Shown here: positions 11,452 through 21,668 of the stretch, piece after piece
How positions within the stretch are numbered: the first letter of the stretch is position 1
Layout of the letters: each line of letters begins with the position of its first letter
DNA from: Nannocystis bainbridge
GTDB lineage: Bacteria > Myxococcota_A > Polyangia > Nannocystales > Nannocystaceae
NCBI RefSeq assembly: GCF_028368995.1
Contig: NZ_JAQNDL010000001.1
Coordinates: forward strand, 4,384,001-4,448,000
Length of the DNA stretch: 64,000 nucleotides
Direction: 5' to 3'
The notes under the pieces: generated by a model
Told to the model about the DNA's origin: nothing
Databases searched by the model: none
The model's input: the letters and a program-made list of their open reading frames with translations, nothing else
Translations under genes and position numbers: made by a program

Positions 11452-14400
11452 TCACGGCGCCCGGGCCACGCGGGCCAGCGCGCGCTCCGCTTCGCGCCGG
11501 CCGGGGGCGGTCGCGGGCGCCAGGCGCAGGAATTCCTCGTACGCCGTGCGGCTGGTGGCGACGTCGCCGTGGGCCTCGGCGGCGCGGGCCAGCCACAGGT
11601 GCGCGTCGGGCAGCCAGGCCGTGCCCGGCGCGGCGGCCTGGACCGCCCGGCCCAGGCTGACCGCCGCCTCGGCGTCGAGCTGCAGGTCGTGCTCGCTGCG
11701 ACCGAGCCAGTAGTGCGCCTCGGTGAGGCCCGGCTCGAGCGTCACGGCGCGCTGGAGCTGGCGGCGGGCCTCCTCGAAATTTTCGCGCTCGTAGTGCGCC
11801 TGCCCCAGCGCCATGAACGCGGCCGGGAACGCCTCCGTCGCCCGAGTTACCGCGCTGAGCTCGGTCACCGCCTCCTGGGCGCGCCCGAGCTGCAAGAGCG
11901 CGCGACCGTACAGGAATCCGGCCTCGTGCAGCGTCGGCGCCAGCTGGTGCGCGCGGCGGAACGCCGGCAGCGCGTCCTGCAGGCGACCGCTGCGCTCGGC
12001 GATCTTGCCCGCCATGAGCTCCACGTCGGGGTTGGGCCCCCCGGGCCGGCTGAGCCGCAGCTCGGCCTGCGCCAGCCCCGGCTCGCCGCGCGCCAGCAGC
12101 ACCTTCGACTTCAGCAGGTGGCCCTCCCACGAGTCCGGCGAGCGCAGCAAGATCTGGTCGGCCAGCGACTCCGCCGCCTCGACCGCGTCCTGCGCCAGCC
12201 GCAGGCGCGCGATCGCCAGCACCACCTCGTCCGGCGCCCGCACGTCGCTCAGGTGCGGCTGCACCAGCGCCTCGAGCGCGCGCAGCTCACCTGACCGAAG
12301 GTACAGGCGGCTCAGCGGCCCGATCAGCCCCGCGAATCCGCCCGTGCGCTCGTGCACCGCCAGCAGGTCGACTCGCCCGGCGTCCGATCGCGGAGTCTCG
12401 AGCACCAGCACCCCGCGGCGCAGCTGGGCCGCGTTGTCGTCGGGGTCGAGCGCCAGCGCCCGGTCGAGCGTCTCCATCGCCGCGTCGCGGTTGCCGAGAG
12501 TGGCCAGCGCCCCGGCCCGCGCCAGCGCCAGCGCCCGCAGGTCGGCTCGCGCGCTCTCGGTAGGATCGCGGCTGTGCTCCGAGTACAGCCGCTCCAGCCG
12601 GCCCAGCGCCTCCTCGCACGGCCGCAGGCGGGCGTACTCGACGGCCGCGCGCACGTGTGCCGGCTTGCTCGCGGCCGCCGCTTGGAAGTGCTCGACCGCC
12701 TCCTCGACATCGCCGCGCAGCAGCGCCAGCCGGCCGCGCAAAAACATCGACTCGATCAGCGTCGACTTCTCGGCCGCCAGCTTCTCGATCGCCTTGAGCG
12801 CCCCGCCCTCGTTGCTGGCTCGCAGCGCCAGCTCGGCTTGCAGGATCGACGCCTCGAGGTCGTCGGGCGCGTCGCGCAGCCGCGCCGTCAGCCCTTGCTG
12901 CGCGCGCGCCAGCTCGTCCGCCTCGATCAGCACCCGCAGCGACGCGTGCACGACCTCCGGATCGCGCGGCGCCAGCTTGATCGCCTCGTCGGCCCAGTAC
13001 ACGCTGCGCGACACCTCGACCGACGCCGCCGCCACGCGAGCGTGACGCACCAGCACGTGCGCCTGATGCCGGTCGCTCACCCCTGGCTCGCGGACCAGCG
13101 CCTCGAGCCGCTTGCGCGCCTCCGCCAGCCGGCCGCGGGCGATCAGCGCGTCGACCAACAACAGCTCGAGCGCCGGGCGGTGCTGGCGATCGGTCGCGTC
13201 GCGCAGCGGCTCGAGCGAAGCTCGCCGGTCCTTCGCGAGATCGGTAGCGAACGACAGCCAGCGGGCCGCCTGATCTCCTGGCCGCAAGGACATCGCCTCC
13301 GCGGCATCCTCGGCCGCGGTTTTGAAGTCACCGGCGGCCAGCGCCAGCAGCCCGCGGTACAGCGTCACTCCCGGCTCCGCGCCCGAGGCCAGCATCCCTC
13401 GCGCAGTTGCTCGCTCGCCGTCGGCGAGCGCCGCGAGGGCCTGGATCCGCTCGGCGCGGAAGTTCTCGCGCTGGACCGTCGCCGTCAGCCACGTCTTCGC
13501 CTGGGCCGCGCGCACCGGATCTGGCCCGTAGCGCAGGTGGATCCGCAGCGCCGCCTCGGCGCGTCCGAGCGGGTCCTCCGTCTGCTCCGCCACGGCCATC
13601 GCCGTCAGGTAGCTGTCCATCGTGTCGTCGTCGAACAGCGCTGCCAGCCGCTCGTCGCGCTCGCGCCGGGCCGTCGCGTCCGCCGGCACCTTGGCCGCGT
13701 ACGCCCCGACCACCAGCGACGTCTCCTGCGCCCGCCCGTAATAGAACCCGAAGCTGCCGACCAGCGCCACGAACAGCCCGATCAGGCCCGCGTAGGCCAG
13801 CGCACCCGGCTCGGGCGGCGGCGGCGTCAGCACCACCGTCGGCCGGCGCGACTGCAGCTGCGGCCGCGGCGGGGGCGGCGGCGCGTCGGGTTGCGTCGGC
13901 AGCTCGCGCGTCTCCGCCTTGATGTCCGCGAGGTCGACCTCGACGTCGTCCGACCGCGAGAGCACCCGCGCCGTCACCGTCGACATCTCGCTGAGGTGCG
14001 GCAGGTCGAGCTCCGCGCTGTTCTCGAGGTCGCGGGAGTCGATCGTCGTCGGCAGCGTGCGCGGTGGGGTCGTGATCTTCGGCAGCGTGAACGGCCGCGT
14101 CGTCGACACCGGCGCCGGCAGGTCGTCCTCGCCGCTGCTCGACTCCGGTGACGGTTGTGACGGCGGCCGCGACGACGCTGCGCCTGGCGCGTCGCTGTTG
14201 CGCTCGCTCCCCGGCCGGTCGCCCACCAGCGTCGGCGGCACGAAGAACCCCGTCACCGGCGCCTGCGGCTTGCGGATGCTCCCCAGCGGCGTCCCCGGCA
14301 GCGGCAGCGTCGTCAGCCGCGGCAAGATCACCCGACCCGGCTCTTCCGGCGGCGCCTGCGTCGGCGTCCCGCAATTCGGGCAGCGCTCGAACGGCAGCCC

Positions 14401-14469
14401 CGCCTCGAACACGAACGCGCACTTGCGGCACGCGGGCGAGTTCGGCGGCAGGGCGGGCGAATCGGCCAT
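11452..14469 (-). CDS. Membrane-anchored multi-TPR protein with N-terminal zinc ribbon
   Basis: CRKC...CPNC, Pro-rich linker, TM (LAYAGLIGLFVALVGSFGFYY), many TPRs. Confidence 0.85.
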   Translation of the reverse strand: MADSPALPPNSPACRKCAFVFEAGLPFERCPNCGTPTQAPPEEPGRVILPRLTTLPLPGTPLGSIRKPQAPVTGFFVPPTLVGDRPGSERNSDAPGAASSRPPSQPSPESSSGEDDLPAPVSTTRPFTLPKITTPPRTLPTTIDSRDLENSAELDLPHLSEMSTVTARVLSRSDDVEVDLADIKAETRELPTQPDAPPPPPRPQLQSRRPTVVLTPPPPEPGALAYAGLIGLFVALVGSFGFYYGRAQETSLVVGAYAAKVPADATARRERDERLAALFDDDTMDSYLTAMAVAEQTEDPLGRAEAALRIHLRYGPDPVRAAQAKTWLTATVQRENFRAERIQALAALADGERATARGMLASGAEPGVTLYRGLLALAAGDFKTAAEDAAEAMSLRPGDQAARWLSFATDLAKDRRASLEPLRDATDRQHRPALELLLVDALIARGRLAEARKRLEALVREPGVSDRHQAHVLVRHARVAAASVEVSRSVYWADEAIKLAPRDPEVVHASLRVLIEADELARAQQGLTARLRDAPDDLEASILQAELALRASNEGGALKAIEKLAAEKSTLIESMFLRGRLALLRGDVEEAVEHFQAAAASKPAHVRAAVEYARLRPCEEALGRLERLYSEHSRDPTESARADLRALALARAGALATLGNRDAAMETLDRALALDPDDNAAQLRRGVLVLETPRSDAGRVDLLAVHERTGGFAGLIGPLSRLYLRSGELRALEALVQPHLSDVRAPDEVVLAIARLRLAQDAVEAAESLADQILLRSPDSWEGHLLKSKVLLARGEPGLAQAELRLSRPGGPNPDVELMAGKIAERSGRLQDALPAFRRAHQLAPTLHEAGFLYGRALLQLGRAQEAVTELSAVTRATEAFPAAFMALGQAHYERENFEEARRQLQRAVTLEPGLTEAHYWLGRSEHDLQLDAEAAVSLGRAVQAAAPGTAWLPDAHLWLARAAEAHGDVATSRTAYEEFLRLAPATAPGRREAERALARVARAP

Positions 14470-14837
14470 CGGCGACGCGCAAGATAACACGCCGTCGCCG
14501 CGCCCGATCGGCGCCAGGACGGCCTGGAGACCGTCCGCCAGCGCGCGAGGTTTGTTTCAGGGCCCATGGGGCCGCGCACGTCCCGTCGGCCTCGGCGAGA
14601 CCTCGGACCCTGCTCGGCGCATCGACCCGCGACCGCGTCACACGCAAGGCGAAGCGCACCGCAGCGCCCTGCGCAGCCGCGTCTCCACCGGCCCGCGCGA
14701 CCCTCGACTGGCGAGGCCCTCGAGCGGCGCGCGGCTCTCCATCACACTAGATCTTTGCTCGCCGGGCTCCTCACGGCCACGCGAATCACGGCCGTGCCGG
14801 ATCGCCAGCCGCCCGCGCCTACCCTAAACTCCGCGCG

Positions 14838-16106
14838 ATGCTCCTGCGCGATCCCGTGCACGGCCTGATCTCCTTCAGCGGCGCCACCGCCCGCCTCGCC
14901 ACGCGCCTCCTCGACTGCGCCGAGGTCCAGCGTTTGCGGCGGATCCGCGCCCTCGGCCTCGCCGCCCTCGCCTTTCCTGGCGGCGAGCACTCGCGCTTCG
15001 CCCACGCCGTCGGCGCTGCCCACGTCATGCAGCGTTACCTCGATCGCGTGCGCACCCTCGCCCAGGAGCTCCCGCCGCACGATCGCATCGATGACTTCTG
15101 GGCCCACGTCGCCCTCGCTGCTGCCCTCCTCCACGACCTCGGCCACGGCCCGCTCAGTCACACCTTCGAGGCCGTGCTCCCTGGCGCCCCGCGCCACGAA
15201 GTGTGGACCTCGCGGATCCTCCTCGACCCCGACACCCAGGTCCACCGCGTCCTCGCCGAGCTCGACCCGACCGCGCCCGCGCTCGTCGAGCGCCTCATCC
15301 ATGGTCAGGGCCCGATCGGTCACCTCGCGCGCGCCGTCTCCGGCACCTTCGACGTCGATCGCTGCGACTACCTCATGCGCGACAGCTACATGACCGGCGT
15401 GCGCTACGGCCTCCTCGACGTCGACTGGTTGCTCGCCTCGCTGCGGCTCTACGTCCCCGAGGGCTCGACCTCTGCGCGGCTCGCCGTCGACGGCGAGAAG
15501 GGCCTCACCGCCGTCGAGGGCTTCTTCCTCGCCCGCCTCTACATGTACCGCCAGGTCTACCTGCACAAGGCCGCGCGCGCCGCCGAGATGATGATCCGGG
15601 CCCTGTTCCGCCGCCTGTGCGAGCTCGGCCCCGAGCCTGGCACCCCGCCGGTCCTCGAGGATCTCTTGCGCGGCCGCCCCGTCGACATCCACAGCTACCT
15701 CCGCCTCGACGACCACGCCCTCGCCGAGGCTCTCGCCGCCTACGCTCGCAGCGCCGACCCTGTCCTGCGCGAGCTCGCCGACGGCCTCGTCGGCCGGCAC
15801 CTTTTTAAAACCTTGCGGCTCGCGCCGCACGTCGACTCTGCCGCCGCCGAGGCCCGGCTCGCCGAAGTCCTCGCCGCCGAGGGCGTCGCCCCCGCGTACC
15901 TCGGCGCCATCGACCGCGTCGAGATCGACGCCTACACCGACGACGAGGCGCTCATGGTCCTGCGCAGCGGCGGCCGCGTCCAGCGCCTGCTCGACGCCTC
16001 TCCGCTGCTCCGCGGCCTCGCCCGCGAGCGCTTCGTCCACCACCGCGCCGTCTTCCCCCCGGCCCTGCGCGCCCGCGTCTCGGCTGCCCTTGCGGACATG
16101 ACCTGA
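14838..16106 (+). CDS. HD-superfamily phosphohydrolase (dNTP triphosphohydrolase-like)
   Basis: DPVHG, QRLRRI, HSRFAH, LLHDLGHGPLSHTFE, DVDRCDYLMRD, MYRQVYLHK. Confidence 0.9.
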   Translation: MLLRDPVHGLISFSGATARLATRLLDCAEVQRLRRIRALGLAALAFPGGEHSRFAHAVGAAHVMQRYLDRVRTLAQELPPHDRIDDFWAHVALAAALLHDLGHGPLSHTFEAVLPGAPRHEVWTSRILLDPDTQVHRVLAELDPTAPALVERLIHGQGPIGHLARAVSGTFDVDRCDYLMRDSYMTGVRYGLLDVDWLLASLRLYVPEGSTSARLAVDGEKGLTAVEGFFLARLYMYRQVYLHKAARAAEMMIRALFRRLCELGPEPGTPPVLEDLLRGRPVDIHSYLRLDDHALAEALAAYARSADPVLRELADGLVGRHLFKTLRLAPHVDSAAAEARLAEVLAAEGVAPAYLGAIDRVEIDAYTDDEALMVLRSGGRVQRLLDASPLLRGLARERFVHHRAVFPPALRARVSAALADMT

Positions 16107-16228
16107 AGACCCTGTCCTGAAGGCCCTGTCCTTCAAGACCTTCTCTATCGGCCATGTCCTTGCGACCCTGTACCAGAGAGCATGCTCTCTCAGACATGTC
16201 CTTTCAACCCTGTCCTTTGAGGCAATGA
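16094..16228. repeat. Longest array of 14-bp units (about 10 junctions)
   Basis: CATG/CCTG-type junctions at 16097, 16111, 16125, 16139, 16153, 16167, 16181, 16195, 16209, 16223. Confidence 0.85.
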
Positions 16229-16377
16229 GCATTTCGCCCCTTCGATCTCGGCGACGAGCACTGCCTCTGAGCTGACCATCACCTCCATGCCGGCCGAGAC
16301 ATCGCCCTGACTCTCGCCCCTCGCGCAGGCCCAGTCCCGCCGCCGCCCTCACCGCCACCTCCTCACCGGCCCCTCCC

Positions 16378-16998
16378 ATGTCCTTGCGCAAGAGCTCCCG
16401 TCCGCGCTGCCCCGTCTGCGGCCTTCACCTCGAGCGGTGCCTGTGCGCCGAGCTCCCGGTGCTCGACCTGCCGACTCGCTTTGTCCTCGTCCAGCACAAC
16501 CGCGAGCGCTACAAGCCGACCAGCACCGGCCGGGCCGCCGCGGCCGTCCTGCGCGCTCCCATCCTTCACTACGGCGCCCAGGACGTCGCCATGGAGACTG
16601 GCCCGCTCACCGAGCCCGACCTCGACTACGTCGTGCTCTTCCCCGCCGAGGACGCCCAGGTCGCCGGTCCCGAGCTCCTGCAAACCGCCCCCGGCCGTCA
16701 GCGCTGCGTCGTCATCCTCGACGGCACCTGGCACCAGTGCTCACGCATGGCCCGGCGCGCCGCCCACGTCGCCGAATTTCCGAAGGTGTCCCTTCCGCCA
16801 GGTGGCCCCTCGCGCTGGGGCATCCGCCACGCCCCGCGCCCCGAGGCCGTCTGCACCTTCGAGGCCGCCACCCGCCTCGTCGAGGTCCTCCACGGCCCCG
16901 AAGTCGCCCGCCCGATGGAGCGCTTCTTCCTCGAGCTGACCGCCCGCATGCACGCCCAGCGCGGCTCCCTCCCGCCGGGCCACGACGACGACGACTGA
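16378..16998 (+). CDS. DTW-domain tRNA-uridine aminocarboxypropyltransferase (TapT/YfiP-like)
   Basis: CPVC...CLC zinc site, H..E..KPTSTG, LFP, ILDGTW, CTFEA. Confidence 0.88.
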   Translation: MSLRKSSRPRCPVCGLHLERCLCAELPVLDLPTRFVLVQHNRERYKPTSTGRAAAAVLRAPILHYGAQDVAMETGPLTEPDLDYVVLFPAEDAQVAGPELLQTAPGRQRCVVILDGTWHQCSRMARRAAHVAEFPKVSLPPGGPSRWGIRHAPRPEAVCTFEAATRLVEVLHGPEVARPMERFFLELTARMHAQRGSLPPGHDDDD

Positions 16999-17032
16999 AC
17001 GAGCTTCGTCGCTCACCGCTCGCGCGAGCCCG

Positions 17033-18679
17033 TCATTCGCCGCCGTGCGAGCGCAACGCCGCCAGCGCGTCCCAGTCCGGCTCTCCGGGCCGCAGCCGCG
17101 GCACCGGCACCGGCTTGCCATCCCGGCCGCGGACCACGTCGACCCCCACGTGCTCCCGGACCGCTTTGCGCGACCCGCTGCGGGCCTCTGCCGACAACCG
17201 CGCCACGTACACCCCCGAGCGCTCGCCGTCGCGGATCGAGTAGCTGATGAGCCCTTCCTCGTGGCCCCACCGCATATCGAGCGAGAGGGCGAACACGTGG
17301 CGATCGACGAGCCGCTCCTGGCCCGTCGCCAGATCGATCACCACCAGATCGCCGAGCCAGTCGGCGCCAATGCCGACCGGACCGAGCATGCGTTCGTCCG
17401 ACAGCCGCCCCAAGAATTCGTTCGCGCGGCTCGCGAGCTGCTCCGGCGCGCCTTCGAACGGCACCCGCCAGAGCGGCCCCTCGTCGCGCTTTCTGCCCTC
17501 GATGCAGCACCCCTTGGCCTCGAACAGGACCAGGCCGTCGTCCTCGATCCACTTGATGCGCCCCTGCTTCTCGAACGGCCGCGACGTGCCCGCCTTCAGG
17601 TCGGTCAGGGTCAAGGTGCTGTCGGAGAGCGATCCGGTGATCCACCGCTCGTCGTCGATCTTCGCGACGGGCGATACGTCCCCCGGTACGTCGACGAAGT
17701 CGAGATTGGGGAGGAAGAAGATCCGCTGGGTCTCCGAGAAGCCGAAGCCGAGCTGAACGATCCCCGCGCCGGCCTGGCTCAGCGGGAACAGGCTCAGCCT
17801 CAGCCACGACCGGGCCAGCAGCGCGTCGACATCGGTCGTCAGGTCGCGCAGGAAGATGTCGCCCTCCGGAGCCTCGGGATCGCCGTTGGTGACGGTCGCG
17901 TCTTGCCAGAGCAGCCAGCGCCCGTCGCGGGAAGTCTCCACCTCGCGCACGTCCGGCACCAGCGGCGCCACCGAGCGGTCGGCCAGGTCGATGCGCATCA
18001 GCGTGCCCTCGTCGTCGAGCGCCAGCACGAAATCGTCGAACGTGCGGATCGAGCTGGCGACGATGCCGGTGCCGCCGCGGCCCGTCGAGGTGATACGCAC
18101 ATCGTCGAGCAGCACGACCGGCTCCGACGTCTGGGTGAGCGGGTCGTCGGGGTAGGGGCTCAGCATCAGCGCCCCGAAGTCCTCGTCGTGCGGGACGACC
18201 GAGAGCATCCCGTGGTCGGTCCAGCGCAGCGCACAGCCGAACGCCTCCGGGTCGCCAGCGAACACCACGTGCGGCTCGCGCTCCCCGAGCGGATCGAGGA
18301 GCAAGACCTCCGCGGTCTCCTCGTCGCAACCGAAGAGCAGCTCCGGCCAGCGGTCGACGGTGAAGATCATCCCGATATCTCGCGCCAGCATCACCGGCGA
18401 CTCGCCGCACAGCCCGGTCGACCACACCTCGGGGTCGCTCGTATCCGGGAAGTAGTCATCCTCGTCGCCGGGCGCGATCCGCTCGGTCGAGAACACCAGC
18501 CGGTCGCCGATCCGCGTCTGCCAGCCGAAGTTGACCTGACGGTCCGGCTCGAGCGGGAGGATGCGAAACGGTCCTTCCTGGCCGCAAACCTCTTCGAGCT
18601 CCTCCTGAGCGACCGGGTCGGGCCCACACCCCACGCCCAGGACGATCGCGCCGATACAGCCGCCGACACCACGCTTCAT
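17033..18679 (-). CDS. Hypothetical lipoprotein, possibly beta-propeller
   Basis: MKRG...LGVGC lipobox; beta-rich repeats such as SRDGRWLLW. Confidence 0.75.
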   Translation of the reverse strand: MKRGVGGCIGAIVLGVGCGPDPVAQEELEEVCGQEGPFRILPLEPDRQVNFGWQTRIGDRLVFSTERIAPGDEDDYFPDTSDPEVWSTGLCGESPVMLARDIGMIFTVDRWPELLFGCDEETAEVLLLDPLGEREPHVVFAGDPEAFGCALRWTDHGMLSVVPHDEDFGALMLSPYPDDPLTQTSEPVVLLDDVRITSTGRGGTGIVASSIRTFDDFVLALDDEGTLMRIDLADRSVAPLVPDVREVETSRDGRWLLWQDATVTNGDPEAPEGDIFLRDLTTDVDALLARSWLRLSLFPLSQAGAGIVQLGFGFSETQRIFFLPNLDFVDVPGDVSPVAKIDDERWITGSLSDSTLTLTDLKAGTSRPFEKQGRIKWIEDDGLVLFEAKGCCIEGRKRDEGPLWRVPFEGAPEQLASRANEFLGRLSDERMLGPVGIGADWLGDLVVIDLATGQERLVDRHVFALSLDMRWGHEEGLISYSIRDGERSGVYVARLSAEARSGSRKAVREHVGVDVVRGRDGKPVPVPRLRPGEPDWDALAALRSHGGE

Positions 18680-18747
18680 ATCCCGCAAAGATAGACCGCC
18701 TCCCGGGCGGACGCACGCGCGCGGCGCCGAAAATTCTCGGGCCGTCC

Positions 18748-19125
18748 TCAGCGATAGATGCGCGCCTCTTCCTCGTGCAGCGTCAGGTACGTAAAGACCG
18801 TCCAGTCGGCTGCCACCAGCCCCGTGACCACGCGGCAGGCCACCACGGTCCCCGACAGCGCCCGCGTCGGCCGGACCATCGGCGACATCTCGAGCACGCG
18901 CGGCGAGCTCGGACCGAGGTGGTCGCGAGCTTCCTGCTTGAACAACCACTCCGGCGCATACTCGATTCCCGTGTCGAGGTCGCGGATGAGCGGCATGTCG
19001 AGCTGCTCGCTGAACTCCACGCTGAAGAAGCCCGTGTCGCGCTCGAAGAACTGCAGCTCCACCCGGTGGCCGATGGGGATCGGCGCAGCATGGTGGAATA
19101 CGTAGACGACCGGCTCGGTCCCCAT
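18748..19125 (-). CDS. Hypothetical protein (125 aa)
   Basis: GAGGA RBS before MGTEPVVYVF; follows the ABC ATPase gene. Confidence 0.7.
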   Translation of the reverse strand: MGTEPVVYVFHHAAPIPIGHRVELQFFERDTGFFSVEFSEQLDMPLIRDLDTGIEYAPEWLFKQEARDHLGPSSPRVLEMSPMVRPTRALSGTVVACRVVTGLVAADWTVFTYLTLHEEEARIYR

Positions 19126-19139
19126 CCGCGATCCTCTTA

Positions 19140-19868
19140 TCAGAGCCGCGGCGCCGCGTCGACGAGCGCCCGGGTGGCCGCGGCCTGCGGGGCGGTCAGC
19201 ACCGAAGTCACCGGGCCGGACTCGACCGGGCGGCCGCCCGCGAGCACCAGCACGTCCTCCACCGTACCTGGCAGAAAGGACAGGTCGTGGCTGATCATCA
19301 CCAGCCCGATCGACGCGGTCCGTAGCGAGCGCAGCAGGTCGACGATGGTCCAGGCGACCGGGCGGTCGAGCGCGCTCGTGATCTCGTCGACGATCAGCAG
19401 CTCCGGCTCCGCGGCCAGCGCCCGCGCGATCGCGGCCCGCTGCCGCTGCCCGCCGCTGAGCGCCCCCGGCACCCGGCCGAGCAGCTCGGGCCCCAGCGCC
19501 ACGCGCTCCATCAGCGCCGCCGCTCGCGGATCGTCCCGACCATAACGATCGCGCCCCGCCAGCAGCCGCGCCTCGTCGATGCTGCGCCGGATCGTCAGGT
19601 TGGGGTCGAGCGCCGTCGCCGGGTCCTGCCACACCAGCTGCACCCGCGCCCGCAGCTCCGCCCACGCCGCCCGCGGCGACCCGACCAGCTCGCGCCCCGC
19701 CAGCCGCAGCGAGCCCGCGAGCTCCGGCTCGAGCCCGACCAGCGCCCGCGCCAGCGTCGACTTCCCCGAGCCCGAGCGACCGATCACCGCCAACCCCGTG
19801 CTCCGCCCGAGCTCGAGGTCCACCCCGCGCAGCCGCTCGCCGACCGTCAGCCCGCGTCCGACAAGCAT
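19140..19868 (-). CDS. ABC transporter ATP-binding protein (DppF/OppF-like)
   Basis: GRSGSGKS, Q-loop, LSGGQRQR, DEITSALD, SHD; start uncertain (19868 or 19916). Confidence 0.85.
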   Translation of the reverse strand: MLVGRGLTVGERLRGVDLELGRSTGLAVIGRSGSGKSTLARALVGLEPELAGSLRLAGRELVGSPRAAWAELRARVQLVWQDPATALDPNLTIRRSIDEARLLAGRDRYGRDDPRAAALMERVALGPELLGRVPGALSGGQRQRAAIARALAAEPELLIVDEITSALDRPVAWTIVDLLRSLRTASIGLVMISHDLSFLPGTVEDVLVLAGGRPVESGPVTSVLTAPQAAATRALVDAAPRL

Positions 19869-19925
19869 GTCCTCGTGGACATGCCCTGATGAACCTGTCT
19901 CTAGAGACATGTTCATAGGGTCATC
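19863..19925. repeat. Array of 14-bp units between the two ABC ATPase genes
   Basis: Junctions at 19866, 19880, 19894, 19908, 19922. Confidence 0.85.
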
Positions 19926-20679
19926 CTCGCCGCGCCGCCGCCAACACCATCGCCGCCGTGGTCGGCTCGGGCGGCGCCGCTAGCAGCTCGGCCAGCGGTC
20001 CGCGAGCGACCATGCGCCCGCCGTCCAGCACGATCGCGCGCGCGCAGCAGCGGACCACGCGGGCCAGGTCGTGCGACACCAGCACCAGCGCCACCTGCTC
20101 GGCTGCGCAGCGCCGCACCAGCAGCTCGACCAGCTCGGCCTGGCTCACGCAGTCGAGCGCCGCCATCGGCTCGTCGGCCAGCAGCAACGCGGGGCGGCAG
20201 GCCAGCGCCAGCGCCAGGGCCACGCGCTGCGCCTGCCCGCCGCTCAGCGCGTGCGGGTGGCGATCCGCGAACTCCGCCGCGAGCCCCACCTCTTCGAGGC
20301 GCTCATTTGGACGCCCGTCCGTGTCGTGCAGCGCACAGACCTCGCGCAGCTGCGCGCCGACGGTGCGCATCGGGTCGAGGCTCGCCGCCGCGGCCTGGGG
20401 CACCAGCGCCAGCCCGCGCCCGCGCAGCTGCGCCAGCGCGTCGCGATCGGCGAGCGACACCTCGCGGCCCTCCCACTGCAACCTCCCCGTCACCTTCGCC
20501 TCGCTCGGCGCCAGCCCCAGGAGACAGCGCAGCACCAGGCTCTTGCCGGCCCCGGACGGCCCGAGCACCGCCAGCGCCTCGCCGTGATCGATCGAGAAGC
20601 ACACCCCTGCGAGCAGCGTTCGCCCGGCGATCGTGCAGCCGAGGTCGTCGACCCGCATCACGCCCAGCGTAACGCGCAC
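19921..20679 (-). CDS. ABC transporter ATP-binding protein (DppD/OppD-like)
   Basis: GPSGAGKS, LSGGQAQR, ADEPMAALD, SHDL. Confidence 0.85.
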   Translation of the reverse strand: MRVTLGVMRVDDLGCTIAGRTLLAGVCFSIDHGEALAVLGPSGAGKSLVLRCLLGLAPSEAKVTGRLQWEGREVSLADRDALAQLRGRGLALVPQAAAASLDPMRTVGAQLREVCALHDTDGRPNERLEEVGLAAEFADRHPHALSGGQAQRVALALALACRPALLLADEPMAALDCVSQAELVELLVRRCAAEQVALVLVSHDLARVVRCCARAIVLDGGRMVARGPLAELLAAPPEPTTAAMVLAAARRG

Positions 20680-20811
20680 GCGGCCGGCTGTCCGATGTGA
20701 CAGCCAAGAAACGCGTGAGAATACAAGTCACTCCCCGAGGCGATGTCACAGAGATGGAACATTCGCGACATCGGGCTGCAAAGCCTGTTCGTCATAAACC
20801 TCCGCGTCCCG

Positions 20812-21633
20812 ATGTTCAACGGCTTCGACCCCGCGACCCGCGATCAGGTGTTCGTACGCCGGAACAAGCGGGCGATCGTCCTGGCCCTGTTCGGCCATAT
20901 GTTGGTGATCGGCACCTGGGCCTGGCGTGACCGCCTGCACGAGCCCGAGGTCGCCGTCCTCCTCGAGCCCGAGATCAAGGACTTCGCCGTCGACGAGCAG
21001 CCCGAGCCGGAGGTGGAAGAAGAGCCGCCCCCGCCTCCGCCGCCTGACGTGCCGAAGCCCCAGCCGCAGGCCAAGCCCAAGCCCAAGCCCAAGCTCGACC
21101 CGCCGAAGGTCATCCCCGTGGGACCGCCGCCCGAGCAGGCCGCGCCCAGCAGCGACAAGAACTTCGGGACAGGTCAGCCCGGCCAGGGCAGCGGCCCGCC
21201 GAAGCAGGCCGACAAGCCCGCGCCGCCGAAGAAGCCCGACCCGCCGAAGCCGGCCCCACCGCCGAAGAAGGTCGAGGAGCCGATCGATCCGACCAAGCCG
21301 GTCGACCGGCCCGAGCGGGCCAGCGTGCCGACCCCCGACGCCGGCAACAAGATGCCCGACTACCCGGGCGAGCTGCGCGACGGCGGCATCGAGGGCGAGG
21401 TCGTGCTCAAGCTGCACGTCCATCGCGACGGCACGGTCAAGGGCGCCAAGATCTTGCGGGCCACCAACACGGCCTCCGGCGACGAAGAGAAGACCCAAGC
21501 CGAGAAGCTGTTCAAGGCCGCCGTCATCGGCGTCGTCAAGGGGTGGAAGTACACCCCGTCCAAGCTCGACGGCGAGCCGATCTCGGTTTGGATCATCGTC
21601 AACTTCCCCTTCAAGCTCACCGGCGGCGGATGA
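20812..21633 (+). CDS. tonB: Energy transducer TonB
   Basis: TM with His, EP/KP-rich spacer, PDYP...GIEGEVVL...WKYTP C-terminal domain. Confidence 0.88.
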   Translation: MFNGFDPATRDQVFVRRNKRAIVLALFGHMLVIGTWAWRDRLHEPEVAVLLEPEIKDFAVDEQPEPEVEEEPPPPPPPDVPKPQPQAKPKPKPKLDPPKVIPVGPPPEQAAPSSDKNFGTGQPGQGSGPPKQADKPAPPKKPDPPKPAPPPKKVEEPIDPTKPVDRPERASVPTPDAGNKMPDYPGELRDGGIEGEVVLKLHVHRDGTVKGAKILRATNTASGDEEKTQAEKLFKAAVIGVVKGWKYTPSKLDGEPISVWIIVNFPFKLTGGG

Positions 21634-21668
21634 CGCGCGCGAGCAGCAACCCTGAGAGGACCTGAGTC

